From Chrysomallon squamiferum (taxonomy: Eukaryota > Animalia > Mollusca): a stretch of DNA of 64,000 nt. The notes below the pieces were generated by a model. It saw only the letters and a program-made list of their open reading frames with translations, ran no database searches and was not told the origin of the DNA. Location: contig CM022670.1 of the NCBI GenBank assembly GCA_012295275.1, positions 20,088,001-20,152,000 of the forward strand. The letters are read 5' to 3'. Shown in pieces: positions 13,301 through 28,600 of the stretch (positions are counted from its first letter, which is position 1; every line of letters starts with the position of its first letter). The position numbers and the translations under genes are program-made.

Positions 13301-14719
13301 TTTCGCTGATTTATGAACTATTTTTTGACAGGTACTTGATGTCTGAAGACCTTTTCTTTTAAAAAGTCCGTCTTCTTTGTAATAATTATTTTTATAATTC
13401 AAATTAAATTTAAACAGATCGCTATCGCATTCTTCAGCCTTTTTTATATAATAATAACAAGAAGATGGATAAACAACTTGTGGTCTTTTGAAAACAGATC
13501 TTTCTTGTAGGAAAATGAATTATATAATAAACCATATTATCGATAATTATTATCCTGTACAGGAGCTTTTCTCAACGGGCTGTATCCTGTAAATGGACAA
13601 GGCAGTATACAAGTTAGCTTGTTGGTAATAGTAGAATGTTTTGTTTCCATTGAAGATGATATCCGATATATTATCTAAAAGTGACCGATCTCGATTCAAC
13701 GGAAGATAACAAAAGGCCACTGCTGTCATTCAGTTACATGAAACTGAAATTTTTAGATCTTCGTTTCTACATCAATTATTCTAACAGCCTCTTCAGTCTT
13801 TTAAATAAAATAATTAATGCACAAGTATCTTAGTTTGCATGGTCGACACAAGACTTTATGAATCATCATGCATAAATAACGTTTGTTGGAACAAAAATGA
13901 AGGTTATCTGTATAACTGAATGAAATGTTAATAATTTGAACAGAAAAATGTTTTATGTCTGATGTTTTTAAAACTGATTATTTTAAAATTTTGATGATGC
14001 TTCTAATGTTTCTCTAATGTTTTATTATCCCTTTTCATTTATTCATTACCTATGTGTGTATGTGTGTGTGAATGAATCTGTGTATGTATTTATATATGCA
14101 TGCGTATGTATATGTGTTTTATTTTATGCTTGGAACTATCCAGATTCAAACTAAATTACACCAGCTTTACATATTATAATAAGGGTTTGCTGTATCTGAA
14201 TATAAAAGCAGAAATAGATATTCTCTGTCAGAAATAGTTTACATTACTTTTGAGATCACTAAAAATGGAGAGTAACGCTTATATACTGAAAATGTAAATG
14301 TGGTTTTTGCTTAGGGTCAGAGTGTTTTTGAAATGTTTATTGTATTTTTATTTCTTATTCTATTTATTTATTCATTTATATTAATGCTATTTATTTGTTA
14401 TTGTTGTTGTGGTTTTTGGCAAAAAGTATATTTACCTTCTGTTTGAAATTATTGTTGTGTTGTTGCTGTTGCTGAAGTATGAATTCGTAACAACAGTAGA
14501 AACAACAGTAGATGCTAGGCGTGGTAGATACGTTACAATTAGATACTGATATTGGCATTCATTTATAAATGATTAATTAACGAACCATCTAACCCGTAAC
14601 ACCTAACAAATTCAGTAAGTGCACTACAGAAATACAACTTTCAAACAACCACCTTCCATAGGCTATAACGTAAACAAATAAATGAAAAAATACAAAAATA
14701 AAATAAAATAAGGACACTT

Positions 14720-15110
14720 TATATCATGTTACCGTCTTGTAGCAAGTCCCTGTCGTAGACGACGGTGACATTGCAAGGTCTACAATGTCACGTTATTTCG
14801 CGTTTCCATTTCATGCCTCATAAAACATGGAGATTTTTTTTTTTTTCGAAATCGTCCTTAATTCCGAAACACGAGTGTTCGTTTGGAAAAAGCACCCTAT
14901 ACGGGTGTATAGCGTGTGTCTACGTTAGTCACGACAGAGTGTCATTTAACGTATGGTGACACACAAGCCGAGATTCAGTCTTTTAATAGGTGGAAAATCC
15001 GAATTTACCTTCCACCCCACAAAAAACCCCAACAAGAGCAGTCGTTAAGAAAGAGAACAAATACTATTCACAAATACTATGGTAAATCTCATGTCTTTCA
15101 TGACTAGGTT
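14720..15110. promoter_or_regulatory. CpG-rich non-coding island, putative enhancer/promoter (copy at ~29045-29432)
   Basis: Visibly high CG density against CpG-poor flanks, several short palindromes, no credible ORF. Confidence 0.45.
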
Positions 15111-15526
15111 TTTTTTTTTTTTTTTTGAATTTATGGCACATTTCTGCCACCCAAGTTGTTCAACTGGACCAGTTCCATGTTATCGTTTTGGTAATTTATT
15201 AATAATGTAAGCAGGAAGACTAAAAAAAAAAAAAAAAACCATTAAAATAAATAATGTTTTATTTTAATAGATATACATAGTTGATTCGGAAGTCCGTTTT
15301 GAAAAAAAAAAACAAAAAAAACAAGAAAAAAGAAAAAGAAACAAATAAACGAATTAATAATGAAGAAAAGAATAATAAAACAAAAGAAAAATAGTAAAAT
15401 ATACTACTACTACTAATAATAATATCGTGGGGTTTTTTTAGTTAAATTACTTATCTCGCTCTCTTTTTTAATAATTTCTCTACCCTTATCTTTTTATTCC
15501 TATAACTTCCTTTTGTTCTTTGTTTC

Positions 15527-15569
<43 letters not shown>

Positions 15570-16309
15570 TTACAGAGATGAAATTTGTGCTTATTTATTT
15601 ATTTATTTATTTATTTATTATCATTATTAACTGTTATTAATTTTTATGGTTTTGAGCGTCAAAAATCGCAACATCACGTTAAAAATATTTACTTCATGCC
15701 GGCTAAAAGTACTTTTTGAAATACATCCCCATGAATACAGGTATGACCTTGATGATCCGGATAAAACCCATTTAGTAAAGATATTGCGTTGTGTATCTCA
15801 CTAACGAAGAATACACGAACTTTGTTACAAAAATGGATAGATGTTACCAAAATCATTTATTAACAAATGTTATAGTAATTTTAATATAAAAGTTTATTTC
15901 AAAGCTAATATTAAAATGAATATATTAATAATTTAAAAAAAAAGAAAAGAAATAAAAATAAAAAATTAAGTCATAATTTGTATTTTGTATTTGGGGCATG
16001 TTTATGTCATGTGACTTATAACGAAGTGTTAGTTCTGGTTACACTGCTTGTTGTGATATTTCAGATAATGTGTTCTTTCATGTACGACAGAAACGGAGAT
16101 AAACAGATAGCCGGAGATAATAGACAGACAGACAGATAGACAGACAGATGAAAAAACAGAGGGAAAATCAGACGTACGAATTGTTAGAGAATGTATGTTA
16201 AAGTCACTGTAATAGTATATTACATTATGTACGTGTTTGCATTTCTGCATTAACACGTACGTATGCATGATTAAAATAATTTTATGCATGCCTGTGTTTA
16301 TGTATGTCC

Positions 16310-19300
16310 TTTTTATTAGTAGTATAATAATTATATTTTTATTAATGATTTCAACTAACATTAAACAGAATTATTTTTATACATAATCCAACTTATCATT
16401 AACATTTTATACTTAGAAGTGAAATGACTTTTTCAGTCCATATTTCTGTCCTTTATCTTTCATATACTATTTACAAAATTGTTGTTCTTACAAAATTTTA
16501 TTTCATAATTCTCTTTGTTTTTAATAATAATAATAAGGATCATATAAAAAGGATTATTATTATTATTATTATTATTATTATCAAAAACAAAGAGAATTAT
16601 GAAATAAAATTTATATATATATAATGATATTACAATTTCATTTGATAGATAAAATATAATATTTTTTTACCTTTTAATATTATTATTTTTTTCATAATTC
16701 AAATGATAATTAGAAAGTTAAAAATGAGAGAAAGACAAACAAAGAAACAAAAATAACCTGAATACAAATTACTGGTTGCATATGTGTGTGTGTATGCATG
16801 TGTCTGCATTTATTTATGTACGTACTTATGTACACACACTTTTTAATTTTTTATCTTCTATTTTTCAATAATCTTTGTTGTTTTTAATAAAAAAAAAAAA
16901 AAAAAATTAATAATAAAAATGTTTTATGATGTTATTTTTATTTGGCATCATTTCTAATTATATATATGCTTTCCTTTAGATGTCAAAACAGAAGAAGATG
17001 ACAAAAAGAAGAAACCAGATGATGCATCTCCCGTCACTAAACTGAAATCAAAGACTCCACATCCTGGGTCTAGTTTAACATACATTGACATCAAGGGAAA
17101 ATCAAGCAAAGTTAGGCTCAGCAGGAATATGCCTCCTTTGGTGCAAAAGAGAGAATGACATCTACATAAATAGGGATAGCTACTCTAACTGCATTTACAT
17201 GGGTGATTACTCTACGTCATTATATTCAGGGGAGGTTATTCTAGAAAGACATTTTTATGGGAGACTACTGTTGAACATTTATAGGGGAGGTTACTTTAGA
17301 ACAGTATTGATAAGGGAGGCTACTCATGATTGATATTTATAATTTAGCACTGAAACTCAAATAATCAGTTTTTTGTTCAGATATTTGAAACAGCTTTGTC
17401 TAAGTGACAGGAATGAAAAGTATGGAAAAATGTGCTACTGATTATTGTGTTGACCTTTATTTGTATATTTTGACATTTTTTTTGTCTGTGTGTGTGTGTG
17501 GTTAATGGTGAAAAGAACAAAAGAGTAATCTCCCATCTACATAAAAATGGCGGGTTGGAAATAGTGCTTTGAATTTTTACGTTCCTGTTGCTGTATTATT
17601 TTATTCATTTTTGTTTGTTGTAAGTGGTTTATTTTACTTTCTTTTTTCTTTTTTTCACTTTTTTATTAGTTTAAAAAAATATATAAAAACTGAGATTCAA
17701 AAAAAAAAAAATGTTTAGGCTTTCTTGATTTTTTTTTTAAATTATTTATATGATTCTATTTATTCAGCAAAAAAAAAAAGTAAGAAAAAATAAAATAATT
17801 ATAAATGTCTGCTTTGAAATTAAAATCTACAATAATAATATCATTACAACATTGACACGTTGAGAAATCTTTCTGCTCTCAATTTAATACATTTATCTTG
17901 TGTAAATTTAAATAATTATTGAGCCCTAATATAATGAAAACTGATCCATGATTCCAGAAAATAAACATATCTGTAAAATAATATATGTATTAAGCAATTA
18001 TTTTTCTCTTTTTTAATAAGAACTGCAGATAATTATAAATAATTACATTATAATTATGTGAGTTTATTTGGTGTGTAAGTTAAGTGCTTTAGATTATGAA
18101 ATAAAAGAAACCAAAAGAACTATACTGTAGTATGCAGAATGTACTCATTCAGGGTTATTAATAATGACATATCAAAGGCCAAAGTTTAAGGCTGACATTA
18201 AAGTTTCATTGTGGTAAAGCCAGTTGTTTTGGAAAAAGGAATTAAAATGGAATCACCTGCCAAGGATATTATATATTTTAAATAATTTAATGGAATACTG
18301 TAATATATTATTTAAAGACAGGCCTTGTTTTCAAAGTTTGGAAATTTAACTGAAACTAAATTTAAAATATATATAATTATGATAAAGGAAATGTGATTAA
18401 GGGATGGTATTTTCACTTTTATTTATAATTTTTATTTTGTTTTGTTTTAATCATGGAAAGTCATTTAATTACAGTATAATCGTTAATATCAATAATTAAT
18501 TAATTTATTTATTTCTGAAATGATTCTTGGTTATTCAAATACAACAAAGTACTCTAATTTTATATACATTTATTATAAGTGTCAATTTTTTTTAATCTCT
18601 TGAGGTAAAGAATTTCTGAAATGTCAGAGTAAGAAAGGTCTTGGTTATATCATCAGTAATTTTTCACATGGATTGTATATTTTCAGTTTATCACAGAGCT
18701 ATACTTCTCAAAGTTTTCCTGTTTAAAATGGCTGCATCACTTCCCATTGTTTATTTATCTCTCTTGTCAGATTCACAACTATGTGGCTCAACCAATCATT
18801 TTAGCTTTAATAACACAGTGCTGGCACTAGTCCACCTTACCTTTACCTTTTTTTTTTTTTCTCTTTCTCCTGCCAGCTCTCATTTATTTAGTTCCATTTT
18901 TCTTTCTTTTGCATTTTTTCATTTCTTCCTCTTTCTCTTTTTGTCAGTGTAGCTTCACTATACTTTAATCTACTTCATTATTCTTTCTTCCTGTATCCCT
19001 CTTTCACTCTCTTCCATTATTTTTACTCTAAATTCATACCTTTACCTTGCAGGAGTTAAATCATTTTATTTCTTCAATTTTTTTTTCTAATTTTTTTATT
19101 ATTATTTCATTCTTTCTTTAGTTTTGTTTTAATTTTTTTTTCTAATTTTTTTATTATTATTTCATTCTTTCTTTAATTTTGTTTTAATTTTTTCTTTTTC
19201 TTTTTTTAATCCTTTTTTTTTTTTTTTTTTTTTTCACTTCTAAAAACATTAAAAAAAAAAAAGATAATAAAAGTTATATTAGTTAACCATGGCTGTTTAA

Positions 19301-19619
19301 GCCCTTTCACCTTTATTGCTTTTCTGTTGTTGGATGAATTGGTTTAAAACACTTAAATATTTATCTCACATCACTTCTTAATTTAAGATTATCTACAGAG
19401 CAATAACTCAGAAAAGCAACTGTCTGTCATGACAGTTAAACTGAGCTTTGAGGCTCGTAATAAAGCAAACTGTATTTTTATACATCAAGGATAACACACA
19501 TGTACATGATGGCCTGTAGATAATTCTTTCCTTCCAGATTTTTTTTTTTACTTCTTCACTTTTTGTATTTACCTTCAGCTTTATTTTTGTTTATTTATTT
19601 TTTATCATCATCATCATCA

Positions 19620-19666
<47 letters not shown>

Positions 19667-22600
19667 ACTGTTACTATTATTAATATATTGTTTTTAATAT
19701 TAAAATTTTGATTGTTTATTAATTTTTGTTTCCATTTTCATAAATTTTTCTTATCTGTTTTTGGAAAAAAAATGTAATTATGTATTTAATAATATTATTT
19801 TTTTTATTTCATCATTTATTTTTTAATATGTTTTTTTTTGTTTGTTTTTTTATTTAAAGGTTAAACCAAATCAGATTCCATGACATTTTTAAATGTCTTT
19901 TTCTTTTAATACCCATTTTATATTAACTTATTTACTAATACAATTATATGAATATATAACTTCACTAGTTTATTGTTTTTTTAACTTATTTCATCTTATT
20001 TCATTATCTAGTTTTTCATCTATTTATCACAAACCACCAATTAATATTCACATCAGTGCACATTTTCCATTAATTTATATATATATATATATTTTATATA
20101 TATATCACTTTGCATGTTTCATTTGCTGTCAGAATCTGTTATAATTAGATTTTGTTAAATATTTTAATTAATCTTGCATAGACAAGCTGTTCAAATTTAG
20201 ATTTTTCACTTTTACTGTCAATGTTTTTTTCATGCATATTTTAGTTTCCAATTTTAAATTTTAAAACCTTTAATTATCATTATAATTATTAAATATTTAT
20301 GTTTTACATATTTTAAATATATACCAGCATCATGTTTAGTAAAAGATTTAAAAAAATATATATATATATTTTGTTTCTAAGGTAAAAATAATCTTTGTCT
20401 CATACATTACATCTGTTATGTGATACTTTAAATTATCCTTTACTGTAAAAAAAAAGTTTGCTATAAAGCTTTTTAATTATTGTACTTTCTAGCAAGCATA
20501 TCTGTGATTTATATTTTATACTGTTTACTATGTTATAATAAACAATTTCATTACAAATTCATGTGTTATACTTTTTTTTTCAAGGTTTCTTTCTTTTATT
20601 AATGTTACTTTTACTTTTAGTTACCAAAGTGAACCTATCATGGATATAATCCAATAGCCTAAATACATCTCACATATCCAAACTATTGTTTCATTTGAAA
20701 ACGGATACCAAACTGTCTCCCCCCAAAACTCCAGCTGTCACATTTTTTGTCATGTTTTATTAATAGTAACTATTGGTAGCCTCAGTATGTCTAAATACAT
20801 TTGACTGCTTCCAAGCCATTGTTTTATTTCCATAGAATGCCAGCCTTTGCTAATAAAAAAGTATCACAATAAAATTACAAGAGTGAATTTTTTCATTTTT
20901 TTTTTTCATTTTGCCTGTGACCTACTTATATTTGCTTTTCTACTTTTGTCATATTTTTCTTAATTTATCTGAATTTGTTCTACCTTTCTGCATGCAAAAA
21001 TATAACTAAAGATGATAAAATGACAGCTGCTGTGCCTCTTTATGAACTTGTATAATTATAAATGATAAATTGTTATACTTTATTGTAAGATATGGTATGT
21101 CTTCCAAAACAATTGGAAATAAACTAATGTATTTTAGCTAGTTGTTTATATTATTGCAGTAGCATTTGAAATACATACATTAAATGTAATATTTCTAATA
21201 TCTAAAAAGGTTTTAATGTGTTAGAAAAAGCAATAGTTAAGCATATCTAAGGCAGAAAGTGCCAATAGCTTAACTATGTCACTAAAATTTTCAGTTATAA
21301 TTTCAGAACAAAAGGACAAAATGGCTTCCCTCTATTTTTTTTATCTCTTATTAACTGTAAACAAAAACAGTATTGTCTGTTTATAGAAGAAGGTGAAAAT
21401 GTCTTTTACATGTTGATTTTTTTCCTTCAAATTTTAGAGAAGAGTAGGTGTGTCCATTTGTAAAAGAACACATAGGCAAAATGGCCACATCTTTATTTTT
21501 TTAAAGGGCCTTTGATGTTATTGTCATATTTTGATATTAAAACAGATTTTAAATTTAATTATTTCAGGACTGTCTGCTCTATCTGTGAACATTCAGTTTT
21601 ACTCTAATACATAAATGCATGAACACACTGCCTCATGAATACTCAAACCATGAAAAGAGCAGGTGAAAATTAAAATTGTAGGCAGCCGTTAATCATCATG
21701 CTTGTGAAATATGTAAATAATTCTTGTTTAGGCCATTTTCATGTGTCATGAAATGTTTTGCTTTATTGTGTTATGAAAATAATAGTATGGATTAGTGAAA
21801 AATGGTTGGCTAAACTCAAATGAAGCATTAACACCAGTCAAAAAACATTATTTTATTTAAAATGCATTAAATAGTGGTTAAATAAATGCCATATATAACT
21901 TATTAATGAGTGAACTGACCTTTACATCTAGAGTTTTCAACAAACAAAAAAATACAAAAAAGAAATAAATAAACATCTTATTAAAACAAAAATGATCTGG
22001 ATATTTACTGCAGTTTTTATATCTGAATTAATCGGTAATATGTCTAAATTAGTATATGTATACTTCTCCATTCATTTTTATCTGCTATTTATTATTATTA
22101 GTCATTTGTTTTGTTTTTTCAGTAGTCCAGATAATAAAAGTAAGTTTTTAATTTATTCAAAGATTTAATCCATGTTTTGATGGATGTAAAATTAAAAATT
22201 CTTTGAAGAAATTAAAAAAAGTCCAGTGCAAAGATAAATTTATTTACTCAAATATTTCATCCCAAAAAAAAAAGGAATCAGGAAATAACTAAAATTCAAC
22301 AAATTAAGTCTAAAATACTTTTATTCTGATATTTTGTTGTTTTTAAAATCAAAGAATAAAAAGAAATAATAACAATAATTTATTTTTAAAGCTTAAAAAT
22401 TAAGTGAGAAAACTGGTTTTCTCTGTTTTTTATTATTTAATTAGGTGTTTCCACAAAAAAATCATGAAACTGTATTTTAACCAAAGTTAATCAGATTATT
22501 CATTAAACTTTTTAACTACATAGAAAAAAAGTCGGAACCTTTCTGCACAATAAATTTGTTTTGCAGTTGCCAGACTTTTTAATTTTGGCATGCATATATA

Positions 22601-25600
22601 TCTTCAATTGTTAATCACTCTTGACATCTTTGGGTTCACAAATTATCCATATTTTGTCAGGTAATTTGCTTTGTTTTATGTTGTTTTAGGCTGGTAAGAT
22701 AGAGAAAAAAAAGGGGAAATAGAGGATAGAAAAAAAAGGTTCCAAACCTGAGGTATAATCTTTCACATTGCCACAGAAAAGTATAAAATGTTATCTTAGT
22801 TGGGGAAATGGGATGAAAAAAAATGGTTATGGGTGTTCTTTGAGAACAAATGTTTAAATCAAAATCCTGTTTGTTAAGCATTTGAATGAAACAAAAGTAA
22901 TGTTAGAAATGTGGGGCTATTTTTTATTTTGCATTTTGTTTTTTTCATGCTTTGTTTGTGTTCTCAAATCACTTGTCAGCTGAACATGATAATCTCCGGT
23001 ATCAGGCTGTCCTAACTTTCAACATTTGTTTCTGGTCTTAGAATTCTTTTTTTTTCACTTTTTTCAACATGACACTTCGTAATTCAGCTTCAGTGCCTAC
23101 TATTGCTTTTGCCTTCAATAATATTCTCTTTATCATGACTGATGCCATAAGGATTACCCTTTAATAATTGGCAAAAAGGGATTTCTTATATGCACCTTAA
23201 CACTGATTTGAAAACCTGTATCCATTGACAGGAAAGCACTTACCACAATCTTTGATAAACTGTTTGTTAAGGTACGGCTGGAGTAAAAAGTAACATCATG
23301 ATTCAAAATTATATGCTACAGATCTTGGGAGATCCGTTGAGAGATTGATGGAATAAATTATTTCCACATCATGTAAATGAATTACTATTTTATATTAACT
23401 AAGTAACTGACCCAAGATTTTTGAAAACAAATCAAAACTTTCTTCTTGCACCTTTGTGTGGACTACTTAAATGAGTTAAAACATTTAAATCTTAATGTAT
23501 ATGTAAAATCAGATAATCTATATAATAGTGAATATTTCAAAGTAATTTCTCATTTCATTGCCTGAAACAAAAGATTCATCATTCACAGACAGCAAATGCA
23601 ACATATATGGAATAGTCATTTTAATATTTTGTATGTGTATGTGGTGTGTATGGAATTTGACAATGGAAACTTGGTGCAGTTATTTTCTTTGAGAATTACT
23701 TTTATTCTGTTTGAAGATTTCTAGGGGAAGTAACTTACTGATTTTTTTTTTTTTTTTAATCTTTGAAAGCTCAAAGTAAATTTTGTTCTGTGACCTTGTT
23801 TTAGTGTTTGTTTGTTATTCTTTTATTTGTTATTATTATTGTGTAATTTTTGTTTTGTTGTTGTTGGTTTTTTTTTAAATATTTTATTTATTTATTTTAG
23901 ATTTTATTTTTCTGGTGGGAGATTTTTTTGGAAGTTGTTTGGGGAAAAAAAATAGCAATATTATTTTTATTTCTTTTAAATGTTTACAAACCAAACCAAA
24001 TAACAAATGAAAAAACCCATAAAAGTTGCTGTTGAAATCTGTACTATGTAACATTGTTTTTCAGACAGTTCCAGCACACAACGAAACATTACTGCATATA
24101 TTTCCATTATCCAAAATAGGATGAAATAAACCAGATGATTCATATTTGTTTTTGCATACATTTGACTTTCCTTTGAACACAATACCTAAAATAAACCATT
24201 ATTTTTAAATCTGCACTGAAGGACCACTATTGTTGTTTTTTTCTTTTCTTTTCTTTTTTTCTTGTTTTTTCAATGGGGAAAAAATTTAGCTGACATATAG
24301 TTAATGTAAAAAACTGGAGGAAGGCAAGGAAAAGGGGAAGGTGAAATAAAATTGACATCTTTTAATGTATACCGAAGTTTTTTACATTTTATGTCTTTTG
24401 AATTGAAGACACTGGTCTAGTAATGTGATATACACAAAAATACAAAGCTGTGATTGGTGGAATCTCTTCAGAAGAGAAAAAAATGCCAGCTTTTATTATC
24501 TTGTGTTCTAATTTAAGTGTGCATATTGTAAGATACAGTATTATATTGTAATCTATTTTAAATATATATATTATCTATGTCCTGTTTTAAGTGTGTGTGT
24601 ATTATCTAGTGTCCTGTTTTGTGTGTTTGTATTACCTAGTATTCTACTTGAAGCATGTGTATTAACTAGTGCTCTATTTTAAGTGTTGGTAATATTTAGA
24701 AATCTTTAAATGTTTATATATAAACTTCTGGACTAAGTTAAAAGCATCTGCTATATTTCTATTTAAACTGATATGCAGATATGAGATTACAACCACTGAA
24801 GATATGGAATGAGACACATTCTTTAGTGTTGTCAGATTTTGTCAGAAAGTTATATCATACAAACAAATCCATCTCAAGACGGAGCCTAACGGGCCACATG
24901 CAATTCACATCTTCTGCATGCCACTTTTTATTAATTACTGGTTTACATTCTAGGCATGTAACAATATCTTAATGTATTATAATCATCCTTCTGACTGTAG
25001 GAGGTCAGGTCATTTAATCATTTTTCAGCATCATCCTCATTGATCATCACTGATCATGTTGAGCAAGTCTTAATATTTTTTGAATCACTTCATGCTCTTC
25101 TCATCTGACAGGCAAATCCACCCCTTTCATAATACCAATTATATTAGAAACATGTGAGTGATATACAAATCAAAAACCTCTCTGGTTTAATTCTGGATGA
25201 GATTTTACAGACCCTTTATCACCTTATATACTGTCAATTTTCTAATACTCTTTAATACTTCTTTCTTTACTCATGACTACAGGGTAACCTCTTTCCCTTC
25301 TTAAACTGAATTGTAGAACTGATTTGAAGATTATACATTTTCTCAAGGCAAAAGATTCTCAATATCAAATGCACCAAGATACTCTTGGTGACCTTAAAGG
25401 CTTTCAAGCAGTCAAGTATTGTAACAATTGATGAATCTTCTCACTATGGGCAGATTATGCAAATGTATTTGCATTTTGCATTTTCATACTTTAAATGTTA
25501 ATTTAACGTATTTTATCTCAGGGTCCTCTTTGTTTGTGTTTTCCTTTTTATATTAAGGATAATCATGTAACTAATGTCTTTGAAATTATATGGAAACAAA

Positions 25601-28600
25601 TGTAGTTTTTTAAAACTTTATCAAAAAGTTAAGAAAAAAAAATGTAAAAGTGACACTATTACTTTTAAAAAATGAAGAAAACAGTACATTAGTTAATAAT
25701 ACTGGGGTATATAAAAATAGTATAGGTGCATTTACCTGTTTGCTTGAAGGTTTCTTTATTTAAATCTGTGTGTATGGTATGGGTGTTATGAATTTATATA
25801 TGAATAAATGTGTACATTTTAAGAAGTATGTGATGTGTGGGCCTATATGCATCTAAATGTATGTTTGGATTTAATTATGCACATATATAACTATATATAA
25901 ATGTGTGTTTATGCCTGGGTATTTAAGGCATTTGACAATGTATTATCAATATAAACAGCCAACTTTTATTTTTCATTAACAAAATAAGTAAATAAATAAA
26001 TCAACTGCAAAAAAAAAAACACAAAAAAACACAAAAGAACCCTTTGTTAGATGATTCAGAAATGAATAATATAAAACTCTCTTCAGTTTATAACACACTG
26101 TTCAGGTAGCGATCAGGTATTTCACAAAAGGAACTGCCATTATTAGACAGCAGATATAACTTTCAAGATGAAATAAATTTCTATATAAAAAAACTACTGA
26201 GAAAAAATAAACGAGCTGAATGGAGGCCCGATGTATATGTTGAGAGTGTTGACATTCATTACAGTAGAAGAAACATATCTTTGACATTTAACAGTTGTTT
26301 TTGTCTGTGTGACTGACTCCAGTAAAGGATTTGTGGTAGACAAATGTTCAGCTACTGAAATTTTAAGAAAACTAAAAATGTTATACATCGTTGAAAATGG
26401 CCTCTACTTTTTTATTAAAAAAAAACAAACAACAAAACTGAACAAAACATAATGTGCAACTGAATATTTCTTATAACTGAAAGAAAAAAGACATTTGCAG
26501 TACTAATGCTTTTAAATAGCAAAATTAGGCTTAATAACATTTCATAGATATGGAATTTGGATTAATGCTTTCAATCAGTGAATAATACAAAAATTTACGA
26601 TATTTACTGCAAGTATGCACAAACATAGAACTTGGCTTCATAATACTGAAAAGTAAGAAATTAAACTAGTGAATTATATAGATTTTATTACTTGACAGCT
26701 ACTGAAAATTCTGTGTTAAAGAATTGCAGACGTTAAATAAATAAAATATAATAGTTAAAAAGATGCTTATATTACTATTGTTATACGTAATAAAATATAT
26801 ATACAAAAATTACTACTATTACCTCTACTAATTTTAATACTGCTAATAACAATCAAAGAAAGAAAAAATGTTCATGAACAACGCTTTTTAGAAAATTATT
26901 AAGAGCGCGACTTCGCCTGCTCGATAAATCACCAGTGAATTAATTTGAAGTATGCAAAAATAAACAGGATCTTTAATACTAAACGCTACTGTAAATCTTG
27001 AGGGTAGTTAACAGAGAGAGAGAGATTCCATTTCTTTCAAACTCTTTCAAAAGTAAATAGTGTTTTTTTGAACAGCTTTTGAACCTATACTTCTGCCATT
27101 CGGCTTGCAGTCATATGTAGCTATGTATGATCAAATGATTTATTAATCTTGGTCAGAATTTTAAGTTTCTTATTCATGAATGTCCCGTGCAAAGGTGATG
27201 AACTATAAAATATTCACAATCTTATTATTTAACCATATCTTTAAATATCATTTAACTGGAATTAATGTTATAACAAATAATTGCTAAATGTATCGTTTCC
27301 ATGTAAGACTTGATTTGGATTTTAAAAAATCAAATTTTAATAATTAGCACAAAATTTGACATTGTTCAAAATAAGAAGGAAAGAGTCGTAATAAATTGGG
27401 TAAGCTTTTTTGAAATGATGATGATAATATATGTAGCATGCAACCAATTTTTTGTTCTGCTCTGTGAAAACTATGTATATACTTAAATTTAAATATTCTG
27501 GCATGACATCAAACGAGACATGTCATACAAGGACTTTCTTTAAGCACTTTTTTTTTTCCCACATAAAATTCCTTTTTTTTTTTCTTCATAAGAACGTCTG
27601 CACCAAAACCGTGATAAAAAAAGTTTTCGCTGATTTATGAACTATTTTTTGACAGGTACTTGATGTCTGAAGACCTTTTCTTTTAAAAAGTCCGTCTTCT
27701 TTGTAATAATTATTTTTATAATTCAAATTAAATTTAAACAGATCGCTATCGCATTCTTCAGCCTTTTTTATATAATAATAACAAGAAGATGGATAAACAA
27801 CTTGTGGTCTTTTGAAAACAGATCTTTCTTGTAGGAAAATGAATTATATAATAAACCATATTATCGATAATTATTATCCTGTACAGGAGCTTTTCTCAAC
27901 GGGCTGTATCCTGTAAATGGACAAGGCAGTATACAAGTTAGCTTGTTGGTAATAGTAGAATGTTTTGTTTCCATTGAAGATGATATCCGATATATTATCT
28001 AAAAGTGACCGATCTCGATTCAACGGAAGATAACAAAAGGCCACTGCTGTCATTCAGTTACATGAAGCTGAAATTTTTAGATCTTCGTTTCTACATCAAT
28101 TATTCTAACAGCCTCTTCAGTCTTTCAAATAAAATAATTAATGCACAAGTATCTTAGTTTGCATGGTCGACACAAGACTTTATGAATCATCATGCATAAA
28201 TAACGTTTGTTGGAACAAAAATGAAGGTTATCTGTATAACTGAATGAAATGTTAATAATTTGAACAGAAAAATGTTTTATGTCTGATGTTTTTAAAACTG
28301 ATTATTTTAAAATTTTGATGATGCTTCTAATGTTTCTCTAATGTTTTATTATCCCTTTTCATTTATTCATTACCTATGTGTGTATGTGTGTGTGAATGAA
28401 TCTGTGTATGTATTTATATATGCATGCATATGTATATGTGTTTTATTTTATGCTTGGAACTATCCAGATTCAAACTAAATTACACCAGCTTTACATATTA
28501 TAATAAGGGTTTGCTGTATCTGAATATAAAAGCAGAAATAGATATTCTCTGTCAGAAATAGTTTACATTACTTTTGAGATCACTAAAAATGGAGAGTAAT

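Larger units (their letters stand above)
2011..16309 (+). repeat. Tandem segmental duplication, copy 1 (~14.3 kb)
   Basis: Starts TTTTTATTAGTAGTATAATA at 2011 and recurs at 16310. Ends ...TATGTATGTCC at 16309 and again at 30631. ORF-track entries recur near-identically at an offset of ~14.3 kb. Confidence 0.97.

Noticed and set aside
15090-15100. CATGTCTTTCA, complementary to the 5' end of miR-71
   Set aside because: An 11-nt match with no precursor hairpin, and not clearly within a 3'UTR; compatible with chance.
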